Part shown: positions 52,891 through 62,011 of the stretch, in pieces
Position numbering within the stretch: position 1 is the stretch's first letter
Layout of the letters: the number at the start of each line of letters is the position of its first letter
DNA from: Candidatus Eiseniibacteriota bacterium
Lineage (GTDB): Bacteria > Eisenbacteria > RBG-16-71-46 > JABDJR01
Assembly: GCA_963783375.1 (NCBI GenBank)
Contig: CAWANH010000003.1
Coordinates: forward strand, 160,001-224,000
Length of the DNA stretch: 64,000 bases
Reading direction: 5' to 3'
Program-made: the position numbers and the translations under genes
Notes under the pieces: model-generated
Told to the model about the DNA's origin: nothing
The model's input: only the letters and a program-made list of their open reading frames with translations
Databases searched by the model: none

Positions 52891-55110
52891 CTACACGAGT
52901 CCCCGGCGGCGGCGGAGGAACCACTCGACCGAGGCGAACAGGACGAAGGCGACGAACATCCAGGGCGAGTCCCAGAGGGCGACCTGGACGCGCTCCTCCT
53001 CGGCCTGGGCGATGCTCCGGAACGCGTCGCGCATCCCGGTCAGGGAATCGGGCCGCCAGAACCGTCCCCCGGCGGCCTCGGCCAGGCGGGCCAGAAGTTC
53101 GGGATCCGCTTCCAGTCGCTCCATCTCGGTCCCCAGCGAATCCACCGCGAACACGCCCTCCACCGTCCCCAGGGGCGTGCCTTCGTTCGCCGCTTTCCCT
53201 TCATAGCGATAGCGGCCGGGGGGGAGGCTCTCCACCACTCCGCTGTAGATGCCCTCCCCGCCGCCGAGCGCGACCGTCCGAGGCTCCTCGGCGGAACCGG
53301 TCTCCGGGGTGACCGAGACCTCGACCTCGGCGTCGGAGATCGGGCGATAGGACTCGTCGGTGACCCGGGCCACGAACGAGACCGGCTTCCCGCGGGGGAC
53401 CACGTAGTCCTCGGGATGGATGTCCAGGCGGGTTTCCACTTCGGGCCGGGCCAGCCAGTGGGCGGCGCGCCGCCACCATCCCTCCATCATCCTCCGGGAG
53501 GGATCCTGGTCGGAGCCGGTGAACCCCCAGCGCCACATCCCCGCCCCGGCAAAGAGGAGAACCCGTCCCTGTCCCACCCGCACCCAGCTCAAGACCGGCC
53601 GGCTGGAGCCGTTCTGGTCGGCGGCCATCAACGCCTCGGCGTTTCCCTTCGCCCCCCCCAGATCGGGGCTCACCGCCACCGGGGGAAGGTCCGCCCACGC
53701 TTCGAGGGAAGGCGCACCCGGGGCGGTGGGGTCGAAGAGCGGGCTCCGTCGACCGACGGCGGTGAGGCGTAGCTGCGCCTCGGCGTCCTCGGCGCCGGAT
53801 CCGATGGCCACGGGAAGGAGCGTGTCGAGCGGAGTCCCGCGCCAGGCCCCGAGGTCTCCCACCTCCCCGCCGCTCACGACGTAGAGACCTCCGCCCTTCC
53901 GGACGAAGGCGGCCACCGCGTTCTCTCCCGCCGGCGCGAGCTGGTTCGGGCGCACGTGATCGAGGACCACCAGTCGCGTGTCGCGGAGTCCGGACGCGCT
54001 CATCGCGGGGAGGCTCTTCCCGCCGGGGACCGGGCGGAACGAGCCGTCCCGCCAGAACCCCGCGCTCACCGAAAGGGTGGAGTCGGCGTCGAGGGCCCGC
54101 CGGAGAAAGGTGTGATCCCAGGTGAGGCTCCCGCTCAGGAGAAGCACCCCGGTCTTCTCCTCCCGCACCGTCACCGCCACCATGCGTCGGTTGTTGGCCG
54201 TGGTGGCTTCGCCCTCCAGGGCCGGCGCCACCACTTCCAGGAACCGGAGCCCCGGCTTGGCCGGGGTGAAGCTCAGGCTCACCCGCTTCTCCGCTCCCCC
54301 GGGCTCCAGGCGCGCGTCGACCGCGGCCAGCTCGATCGGGGTGTCGGTGACGTCGAGCAACCGGACGCGCACCGAGGCGCCCGGGAGTCCCTGGAGACGG
54401 AGCACCGCCTCGATCGGGGTGCGCTCCCCGGTGAAGGCTTCGCGGTTCGCCCGGAGCCGGGCCACCGCCAGGTCGGGCACCGGATCCGGCGAGCCCAGCC
54501 CCACGGTCTGGATGGGGATCCCCATGCGCCGGGCCAGCGGCACCGGGTCGGGACCGCTGGTGGCGGCGCCGTCGGTGACCAGGATCATGGCTCCCGGACG
54601 CCCCGCGGGCCCGCCCTGGGCCATCCCCTGGTCGAGGGCGGCGGCCAGGTCGGTGGCGGCGCCGTCGGCGGGAGGAAGCGCCGCCGGGTCCGCGATCTCC
54701 GGACCCAGCCCCTCGGCGAAGGGGCGGAAGTTCAGGGGGTAGTCTCCCCCCAGCTCCCGCTTGACCCCCGCCACCGCCGTGCTCAGCTCCGCGTCCCGCG
54801 TGGCGCCGGGGTCGCGTCCGGGGAGGGTGATGCTCTCCGAGCGGTCGAGGAGCACCAGCACCCCCTTGGCCGCCCCGCTGGCCACGGCCAGGCTCACCAC
54901 CGGACGGCAGAGAATAGCCACCAGGGTCACCAGGGCCAGGGCCCGGAGCGCGGTCAGGAGTCCGCGGTAGCCGACCCCCATGGGGGCGTCGGTCTTCCGG
55001 TAGAGGTAGACCGAGTAGGCCACCAGGCCCAGGGCCACGATCACGAACAGCCAGCCCGCGTCCCAGGGGGGGTTCCAATGCAATCCGCGCCAACGGTCGA
55101 ACAAGCTCAA
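52891..55110 (-). CDS. Membrane-anchored VWA + Ig-like + GATase-like domain protein
   Basis: N-terminal TMs with LRALA...RP, MIDAS-like LLDRSES, TDLAAAL and LVTDG, then FVRKGGGL, GQGRV...WRW and C-terminal EWFLRRRRGL. Confidence 0.82.
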   Translation of the reverse strand: MSLFDRWRGLHWNPPWDAGWLFVIVALGLVAYSVYLYRKTDAPMGVGYRGLLTALRALALVTLVAILCRPVVSLAVASGAAKGVLVLLDRSESITLPGRDPGATRDAELSTAVAGVKRELGGDYPLNFRPFAEGLGPEIADPAALPPADGAATDLAAALDQGMAQGGPAGRPGAMILVTDGAATSGPDPVPLARRMGIPIQTVGLGSPDPVPDLAVARLRANREAFTGERTPIEAVLRLQGLPGASVRVRLLDVTDTPIELAAVDARLEPGGAEKRVSLSFTPAKPGLRFLEVVAPALEGEATTANNRRMVAVTVREEKTGVLLLSGSLTWDHTFLRRALDADSTLSVSAGFWRDGSFRPVPGGKSLPAMSASGLRDTRLVVLDHVRPNQLAPAGENAVAAFVRKGGGLYVVSGGEVGDLGAWRGTPLDTLLPVAIGSGAEDAEAQLRLTAVGRRSPLFDPTAPGAPSLEAWADLPPVAVSPDLGGAKGNAEALMAADQNGSSRPVLSWVRVGQGRVLLFAGAGMWRWGFTGSDQDPSRRMMEGWWRRAAHWLARPEVETRLDIHPEDYVVPRGKPVSFVARVTDESYRPISDAEVEVSVTPETGSAEEPRTVALGGGEGIYSGVVESLPPGRYRYEGKAANEGTPLGTVEGVFAVDSLGTEMERLEADPELLARLAEAAGGRFWRPDSLTGMRDAFRSIAQAEEERVQVALWDSPWMFVAFVLFASVEWFLRRRRGLV

Positions 55111-55203
55111 ACGACGATGCCTTTCCGGACGGCGGGGCGCGATGAAGGTTCGGTCGGTGGGAGACCCAACGCTAGCAAGCGTCCTCGCCGGTTGTCAAAG
55201 TGT

Positions 55204-55962
55204 TCATGATCGCGCCCGAACGAGCGCCTCGGCCAGCGCGGAGATCCCGCCGGAGGCGGATGTCCTGAGCGAGAAGGGCAGCCGGCCGGTGAGCGGGGTG
55301 ACCTCCGGGTTCACCTCCACCACCGGGATCCGGCGCTCGGCGGCCATCTCGGGGAGGGCCGCGGCGGGGTAGACCACCGCCGAGGTTCCCACCACCCACA
55401 CCATGTCCGCGGTCTCCAGGGCCCGGGCGGCGCGGTCCAGAACCCCGGGGTGAAGCGATTCCCCGAACCACACCACGTCGGGGCGGAGCCGTCCGCGGCC
55501 GCAGGCGCACAGGGTCTCGGCGGGATCGACCGAGACCGCCTCGGCGCTCCCCCCGCAACCCGCGCTGCAGCGCGCGCGGCGGATGCTCCCGTGGAGTTCC
55601 ACCACGTTCCGGTTCCCCGCCCGCTGGTGCATGCCGTCCACGTTCTGGGTCACGATGATGAAACCATCGAGCCGCCCCCCTTGTTCCAGGCCGGCCAGGG
55701 CGCGGTGCCCGGCGTGGGGCCGGGCCTCGGCCACCCGCTCCAGCCGCCACCGGTACCAGCGCCATACCCGCTCCGGGTCCCGCGCGAAGGCGCCCGGAGT
55801 GGCGAGTTCCTCGGGCCGGACTCCCTCCCACAGGCCGCCGGATCCCCGAAAGACCGGTACCCCGCTCTCCGCGGACATGCCGGCGCCGGTCAGGACGGCG
55901 AGCCGGCGGACCCCGGCCATCGCGGCGGGGAGATCGGCGGGAAGCGCCGGGGGTCCGGTCAC
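55204..55962 (-). CDS. cobB: NAD-dependent protein deacylase (sirtuin, class III-like)
   Basis: TGAGMSAESG, TQNVDGMH, ELHG, LRPDVVWFGE and GTSAVVYPAA. Confidence 0.93.
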   Translation of the reverse strand: MTGPPALPADLPAAMAGVRRLAVLTGAGMSAESGVPVFRGSGGLWEGVRPEELATPGAFARDPERVWRWYRWRLERVAEARPHAGHRALAGLEQGGRLDGFIIVTQNVDGMHQRAGNRNVVELHGSIRRARCSAGCGGSAEAVSVDPAETLCACGRGRLRPDVVWFGESLHPGVLDRAARALETADMVWVVGTSAVVYPAAALPEMAAERRIPVVEVNPEVTPLTGRLPFSLRTSASGGISALAEALVRARS

Positions 55963-57002
55963 GTGTCCGCCCCGGGATCGCCCTGTTTCGCGGGGCCCTC
56001 CCCCGGCTCGGCATCTTCGTCCTCCGGGTGGATGTCGCGGGGACTGGGAATCCGCGCCGCACCGCCCTGGTCGATCGGACCCTCTCCGGTGGCCTGTTTC
56101 CCCAGGATCACCGCCATGGCGCCGTGGGCCACCGGCACGTGTCCGGCGTGACGGAGGTTGTAGAAGCCGATGATCACCACCTGAACGATGGCCAGGAGCA
56201 GCACGAACCCGAGGGTGTAGTAGAGGAGCTCCAGGATCTGATCGGCGGGCGCGGGAGAGACGAAGGCGTGCACCACGACCACCGCGGCCACGAGCCCCGA
56301 GCTCACCACGCCGGTGGTCTTCCCGAGAATGGTGGGCCGGATGGCCACCGGACCGCGGGTGATGTAGATGAACGCCGCCCCCAGCATGAGGAGCCCGTAG
56401 CGCAGGAAGACCAGGACCGCGATCCAGAGCGGAAGGTAGCCGGCGTCGGCCAGGCCGAGCACCACCCCGGCGTTGAAGAGCACGTCCACGATCGGATCGA
56501 AGATGCGGCCCATGCGCGTGGAGGCGTTGAGCTTCCGGGCCGCGATACCGTCGGCCACGTCGGAGAGGCCGCCGGTCACGAAGGCGGCCAGGGCCAGGAG
56601 ACCGTGGTCCCGGGTGATGAACAGATAGAAGGCGGGGATGGCCAGTAGCCGTCCCAGGGTGAGGAAGTTCGGAATTCCGAGGCCGGAGCGGAACTGATCC
56701 TCGTCGCGGCGGAACATGCCGAGATGGAGGGTGATCCACGCCAACCCGCCCAGGAGCCACCACGCGGAGAGGATGAAGTAGTCCGCGGCCAGGCGGCGGT
56801 CCACCAGGAAGGAGAGGAAGACGGCGACCACCAGGAGCCCGACCAGGTGGCCGAGACCGGCGAGGGCCACCCCACGCAGGGTTCGGGGACGGTTGAGAGC
56901 CGCCTCCACCGACATCACCGAGCAGCGAGCCACGTATCGGGCGGCGGCCCTCGGCGTATACCGACTGCGGCGGAGATCCTTCAGGTAATCTTCGACGAAC
57001 AT
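55959..57002 (-). CDS. CDP-alcohol phosphatidyltransferase with N-terminal extension
   Basis: PNFLTLGR and DVADGIAAR...GRIFDPIVD signature. Confidence 0.88.
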   Translation of the reverse strand: MFVEDYLKDLRRSRYTPRAAARYVARCSVMSVEAALNRPRTLRGVALAGLGHLVGLLVVAVFLSFLVDRRLAADYFILSAWWLLGGLAWITLHLGMFRRDEDQFRSGLGIPNFLTLGRLLAIPAFYLFITRDHGLLALAAFVTGGLSDVADGIAARKLNASTRMGRIFDPIVDVLFNAGVVLGLADAGYLPLWIAVLVFLRYGLLMLGAAFIYITRGPVAIRPTILGKTTGVVSSGLVAAVVVVHAFVSPAPADQILELLYYTLGFVLLLAIVQVVIIGFYNLRHAGHVPVAHGAMAVILGKQATGEGPIDQGGAARIPSPRDIHPEDEDAEPGEGPAKQGDPGADT

Positions 57003-57073
57003 CCCGGAGCCATCATACCAAGTCCGCAGCGATTCGACCCGGTAGGACCTCCCGGGGGCGCGGAACCGGCGGG

Positions 57074-57784
57074 CTACCTGGAACCGGCCTCCCGGAAGAT
57101 CACCCAGAGGATCTTCCGCCCCGCGCCAAACGTCCCCCGGATCGTGCCCGACACCTTGCTCTTCCCGATCCGCTTCCGATAGGAGACCGGGACCTCGATC
57201 GACGTCAGGCCGAGCCGGGCCGCCTTGACCTGCATCTCCACCGTCCAGCCGTAGTCGCGGTCGGCCATTCCCATACGCTCCAGGGCGGCCCAGGATACCG
57301 CTCGGAAGGGTCCGAGGTCGGTGAACCGCACCCCGAAGAAGGCACGGATGAGCAGGGTGGCCAGCCGGTTCCCGAAGCGGGCCTGCGGGGTGAGGGCCCC
57401 CGGCTCGCGCTTCCCGAGGACCCGGGAGCCGATCACCAGGTCGGCCCGCCCGTCGAGCGCCGGTCCGGCCACCCGGGGCAATTCGTCGGGATGGTCGCTG
57501 TAGTCGCCGTCCAGGAAACAGACCACGTCGGGAGGGTCCGGCCGGAGATGCGCGAGACCGCGAAGGCAGGCCGCGCCGTACCCGCGGCGGGGCTCGTGGA
57601 GCACGATCGCCCCCGCCCGCTCCGCGACCCCGGGGGTGCCGTCGGCGCTGCCGTTGTCCACCACGATCATTCGCTCCCGGAAAGACGGGGGAACATCGGC
57701 GAGGACGCGCGCGATGGACCGCGATTCGTTCAACACCGGGATGATCACCGCCACCCGCCGCCGGCCCCCCGCTTCGCCGTTCAT
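57074..57784 (-). CDS. Glycosyltransferase family 2
   Basis: VIIPVLNE, VVDNGSADGT, GYGAAC, FLDGDYSD and DLGPFRA. Confidence 0.92.
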   Translation of the reverse strand: MNGEAGGRRRVAVIIPVLNESRSIARVLADVPPSFRERMIVVDNGSADGTPGVAERAGAIVLHEPRRGYGAACLRGLAHLRPDPPDVVCFLDGDYSDHPDELPRVAGPALDGRADLVIGSRVLGKREPGALTPQARFGNRLATLLIRAFFGVRFTDLGPFRAVSWAALERMGMADRDYGWTVEMQVKAARLGLTSIEVPVSYRKRIGKSKVSGTIRGTFGAGRKILWVIFREAGSR

Positions 57785-57874
57785 GATCCCGGGCTCCGGG
57801 ATGGAAAACGGAGCACCCGGGTGAACGCTCGGCGCACCCGGGTACTCGGTTCAATCATCGATGCAGGTCGGGGA

Positions 57875-60682
57875 TCAGGCCGTGGTTCCGGTGCCCGATT
57901 CCCCGGCGCCGGAGATCGCGGCCTGGGCCGCGGCCAGCCGGGCGATGGGAACCCGATAGGGCGAACAGGAAACGTAGTCGAACCCCAGCTCGTGGCAGAA
58001 GAACACCGAGTCGGGGTCGCCCCCGTGCTCGCCGCAAATCCCGATCTTGAGCTTCGGGTTGGTCTTCCGGCCGCGCTCCACCCCCATCCGCATGAGGTCC
58101 CCCACCCCGCTCCGGTCCACGGAGACGAATGGATCCCCCTGCAGGATTCCGCTCGACACGTAGAACGGCAGGAACCGGCCCACGTCGTCCCGGCTGAATC
58201 CGAGGGTCATCTGGGTGAGGTCGTTGGTGCCGAAGGAGAAGAACTGCGCGGTCTCGGCGATCTCGTTGGCGGTGATCGCCGCCCGAGGCACCTCGATCAT
58301 CGTGCCCACCAGATACTCCACCTTCACCCCGAGCCGCTCCATGGTCTCGGCGGCCACCCGGTCCACGACTTCGCGCTGGTTCACCAGCTCGGTCTGCTGC
58401 CCCACCAGGGGGATCATGATCTCCGGGAGGACCTTCACCCCTTCCTGCTGGAGTTCGCAGGCCGCCTCGATGATGGCCTTGGCCTGCATGGCGGTGATCT
58501 CCGGATAGGTGACCCCGAGCCGGCAGCCCCGATGCCCGAGCATGGGGTTGAACTCGTGCAGGGTCTCCACCCGGCGGAGCAGACGCTTCTTCTCGTCCAG
58601 CGCCGGTCCCTTCTCGCCCTTGCTCTCCGCCACCGCGACCTCCACCAGCAACTCCTCGCGGCTGGGGAGGAACTCGTGGAGCGGCGGGTCCAGGGTGCGG
58701 ATGGTGCAGGGCTTGCCCGCCATGGCCTTCAGCACGCCGCGGAAGTCCTCCTTCTGAAGCGCGCCCAGCTTCTCCAGAGAGCCCAGATAGTTGGAGGCCG
58801 GCTCCTTGGCCGCCTCTTCCGCCGCGCCGAGCTGGGCGGCGAGATCGGCCCTTTCCTTCTCGTTCGCCTTCTCGTACTCGGCCCGGACCGCCTGGAGCTG
58901 GTTCTGGGTCTGACGGTACTCCGAGGCGGAGAGGATCATCTGCCGGACCCATTTGATCCGGTCCTCGCCGAAGAACATGTGCTCGGTCCGGCAGAGTCCG
59001 ATCCCCTGGGCGCCGAACTCCACCGCCTTGGTGGCGTCCCGAGGGGTGTCGGCGTTGGCCCGCACGCCCAGACGCCGGAACTCGTCGGCCCAGGACATGA
59101 ACTCGGCGAACTCACCGCCCACCGTGGGCTCCATCAGCTCGGCCTGGCCGAGCATCACCTCGCCGGTGCTCCCGTCGATGGTGATCCAATCCCCTTCCTT
59201 CACCGTCACGTCGCCGACCCGGAAGCGCCTTTCCTTCTCGCTCACCTCCAGGGCGCCGCAACCGGCCACGCAGGGCTTGCCCATACCCCGGGCCACCACC
59301 GCGGCGTGGGAGGTCATCCCGCCGGTGGCGGTGAGGATCCCCTTGGCCGCGTCCATGCCGTGAATATCGTCGGGGTTGGTCTCCGCTCGCACCAGGACGA
59401 CTTTCTTCTTCTGCTCGGCCCAGGCCAGGGCGTCGTCGGCCAGGAACACCGCCTGGCCGGTGGCCGCCCCCGGAGAGGCGGGAAGCCCGGTAGCCAGAGC
59501 GGAAGGCTTCTTGGCCGGATTCACCCGGGGATGGAGAAGCTGATCCAGGTCCCCGGCGGGCACCCGCATCACCGCGGTCTTCTTGTCGATCAGGCCCTCG
59601 CGGACCATCTCCGCCGCGATCCTCACCGCGGCGGGCCCGGTCCGCTTGCCGGTGCGGGTCTGCAGGAGGTAGAGCTTCCCCTCCTCGATGGTGAACTCGA
59701 AGTCCTGGACGTCCTTGTAGTGCTGCTCCAGTCGGTCGGTGATCTCACGGAGCTGCTTGTAAGCCTCGGGCATCTCGTCGCCGAGCTTGGTGATCGGTTG
59801 AGGGGTCCGGATCCCCGCCACCACGTCCTCGCCCTGGGCGTTGGTGAGGTACTCGCCGTAGAACTCCGCTTCCCCGGTGGCCGGGTTCCGGGTGAAACCC
59901 ACCCCGGTGGCGGAGCGCGGCCCCATGTTCCCGAACACCATGGCCTGTACGTTCACCGCGGTGCCCAGGTCGTCGGGGATCTTGTTCTGCTTCCGGTAGT
60001 AGACCGCGCGGGGGTTGTTCCAGGAGCGAAACACCGCGTCGCGGGCCATGTCGAGCTGGCGGGCGGGCTCCTGGGGGAAGTCGCTCCCGGTGGCGTCCTT
60101 GATGATCTGCTGGAAGCGCTCGACCAACGCCCGAAGGTCGTCGGTGTCGAGATCGAGATCGGACTTCACGTTCTTCTTCGACTTGAGCGCGGAGATCTCC
60201 TCCTCGAACCGGCGCTTGGGAATGTCCAGGACCACGTCCCCGAACATGGATAGAAAGCGCCGGTAGCAGTCCCAGGCGAAGCGGGGGTTGTCGGTCTTGC
60301 GGGCCAGGCCCTCCACGCTCCGGTCGTTGAGCCCGAGGTTCAACACGGTGTCCATCATCCCCGGCATCGAGAATTTGGCCCCGGAGCGCACGCTCACCAG
60401 GAGCGGGTCCTCGGCGGCTCCCAGCGGTTTCCCCATCGCCTTTTCCAGGCGGGCCAGATGACGCTTCTGCTCGTCCTGGACCGTTCCGGGGACGTTCCCC
60501 CCGTTCTCCTGGAAAGCCAGGCAGACCCGGGTGGAAATGGTGAAGCCGGGGGGGACCGGAATCCCCGCGTTGGTCATCTCGGCCAACCCGGCGCCCTTCC
60601 CGCCCAGCACGTCCTTCATGTTGCCGTTGCCTTCGGCCTTACCTTCACCGAAGAAATAGAGTTCCTGATCCAACCCAATCAC
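57875..60682 (-). CDS. ppdK: Pyruvate, phosphate dikinase
   Basis: LGGKGAGL, VSVRSGA...MPGMM, GGMTSHAAVVAR phospho-His, CRTEHMF and GTNDLTQ. Confidence 0.97.
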   Translation of the reverse strand: MIGLDQELYFFGEGKAEGNGNMKDVLGGKGAGLAEMTNAGIPVPPGFTISTRVCLAFQENGGNVPGTVQDEQKRHLARLEKAMGKPLGAAEDPLLVSVRSGAKFSMPGMMDTVLNLGLNDRSVEGLARKTDNPRFAWDCYRRFLSMFGDVVLDIPKRRFEEEISALKSKKNVKSDLDLDTDDLRALVERFQQIIKDATGSDFPQEPARQLDMARDAVFRSWNNPRAVYYRKQNKIPDDLGTAVNVQAMVFGNMGPRSATGVGFTRNPATGEAEFYGEYLTNAQGEDVVAGIRTPQPITKLGDEMPEAYKQLREITDRLEQHYKDVQDFEFTIEEGKLYLLQTRTGKRTGPAAVRIAAEMVREGLIDKKTAVMRVPAGDLDQLLHPRVNPAKKPSALATGLPASPGAATGQAVFLADDALAWAEQKKKVVLVRAETNPDDIHGMDAAKGILTATGGMTSHAAVVARGMGKPCVAGCGALEVSEKERRFRVGDVTVKEGDWITIDGSTGEVMLGQAELMEPTVGGEFAEFMSWADEFRRLGVRANADTPRDATKAVEFGAQGIGLCRTEHMFFGEDRIKWVRQMILSASEYRQTQNQLQAVRAEYEKANEKERADLAAQLGAAEEAAKEPASNYLGSLEKLGALQKEDFRGVLKAMAGKPCTIRTLDPPLHEFLPSREELLVEVAVAESKGEKGPALDEKKRLLRRVETLHEFNPMLGHRGCRLGVTYPEITAMQAKAIIEAACELQQEGVKVLPEIMIPLVGQQTELVNQREVVDRVAAETMERLGVKVEYLVGTMIEVPRAAITANEIAETAQFFSFGTNDLTQMTLGFSRDDVGRFLPFYVSSGILQGDPFVSVDRSGVGDLMRMGVERGRKTNPKLKIGICGEHGGDPDSVFFCHELGFDYVSCSPYRVPIARLAAAQAAISGAGESGTGTTA

Positions 60683-60729
60683 CTCCGCGTTTGGCCCGGC
60701 GGCTCACGGCCTGGGGAAGCCGTTTCGCT

Positions 60730-61980
60730 TCAAGCCAGATAAACCGCCGGATCCGTCAAAACCCCGGTCGCCGCCGCCACTGCGGCGGCCGCGGGGCTCA
60801 AGATGTGGACCTCGGGCACTCCTTGCCCGGGGCTCAATAGACGATGATACTCCGCCGTCGATGCGATTCTTTCTCCCTCTCCGAAGATCGCCCCTCCTCC
60901 CGCGCTTCCCGGGCCCCCGCCCGGCACGATAACCATGGCCCCGGCCTGGAGAAAGATCTCGTAGAACCCGGCCTGCAAGCAGCCCCGGGCGGTCTCCAGG
61001 GTGGCCGGCGAGATGGCCAACCGGACGTCCCGGTGCACCTTTCCCGCCTTCTTCAGGACCTCGGCCACCAGGGCGAGATCCTCGTATCGGCCCCCGTAGC
61101 AGGATCCGATGAAGGCCCCGTGAATGGGCTCCCCCTCCTTGCGGGGGAGCTTCCGGAAGCCTCCCGTGTACTCTTCCGCCTCCACCGAGGCCACCTGTTT
61201 GGCCTTCAGCGTGACCGAGGCCTCGTACGCCTCGGCCGGCGCGGGCTCCTCCCCGATCTCGATTTCCACCCCCCGATCCCGGAAGAACCGGGCGGTGGTC
61301 TCGTCGGGAGGGACCAGGGCGGCAAAGGCGCCCATTTCGGCCAGGAGCCCGCAAACCCCCAGGCGGAGGTCCATGGGCCACTCGGCCAGGTCCCCGGCGA
61401 ACTCCACCACCCGCCCGGTCAGGGTCGGTCCCAGCGCCGTCGCCACCCCCCGGGCCACGTCCCAGGGACCGATGTGGCGGGCCAGCTTGCCGGCGATTTC
61501 GACCCGGACCGCCGAAGGCACGGTGGCCGGGGCGGAACCCTTGACGATAGCGCCGATGAGGGTGGGATCGTCAAGGCGCAAACCCAGGGCTCCGATCCCC
61601 CCCATCACCCCCAGGCACCGCCCGGAGCCTCCCACCAGCGTCCCCGGCGCGATGAGCGTGGACTCCAGCACCACCTGGGAGCCGATGCCCATGTTCAGAT
61701 CGAAGACGTGGCGAATGCCGAAGCGCTCGGCCACCTCACGGCAGAGGGCGCGACTCCGCGCCACCTGGGATTCCACCTCGGGAGCCTGGAAATCCATGGT
61801 GAGGAGGAGATCCTCGGGCGAACGGGGTCCGCCCCGGTCGCGCACCTGCACCAGGATGCCCGGCCCGCGGGCTCCGGAAAGCACCACGCGGTCGAGTCCG
61901 AGGGTGATCGCCGATCCCGGGTCGGCCGGACCGGCGGAGGTCCGGGAAAGGATGCGATGGACGTAGGCGGATCCGCTCAT
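60730..61980 (-). CDS. Aconitase-family LeuC/HacA-like large subunit with degenerate active site
   Basis: Colinear with LeuC/HacA (VEFAG, RLGVCGLLAEMGA, FIGSC...GRYEDL, LSPAAAA), but most catalytic motifs are replaced. Confidence 0.8.
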   Translation of the reverse strand: MSGSAYVHRILSRTSAGPADPGSAITLGLDRVVLSGARGPGILVQVRDRGGPRSPEDLLLTMDFQAPEVESQVARSRALCREVAERFGIRHVFDLNMGIGSQVVLESTLIAPGTLVGGSGRCLGVMGGIGALGLRLDDPTLIGAIVKGSAPATVPSAVRVEIAGKLARHIGPWDVARGVATALGPTLTGRVVEFAGDLAEWPMDLRLGVCGLLAEMGAFAALVPPDETTARFFRDRGVEIEIGEEPAPAEAYEASVTLKAKQVASVEAEEYTGGFRKLPRKEGEPIHGAFIGSCYGGRYEDLALVAEVLKKAGKVHRDVRLAISPATLETARGCLQAGFYEIFLQAGAMVIVPGGGPGSAGGGAIFGEGERIASTAEYHRLLSPGQGVPEVHILSPAAAAVAAATGVLTDPAVYLA

Positions 61981-62011
61981 GGGAGCCTCGCTTTTCCGCT
62001 GGACGCCCCGG

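Noticed and set aside
57491-60253. Long antisense ORFs (also 8230..10482, 32613..35384 and 42784..44676)
   Set aside because: These are shadow frames of real genes, expected with high GC at third codon positions, and they carry no family motifs.
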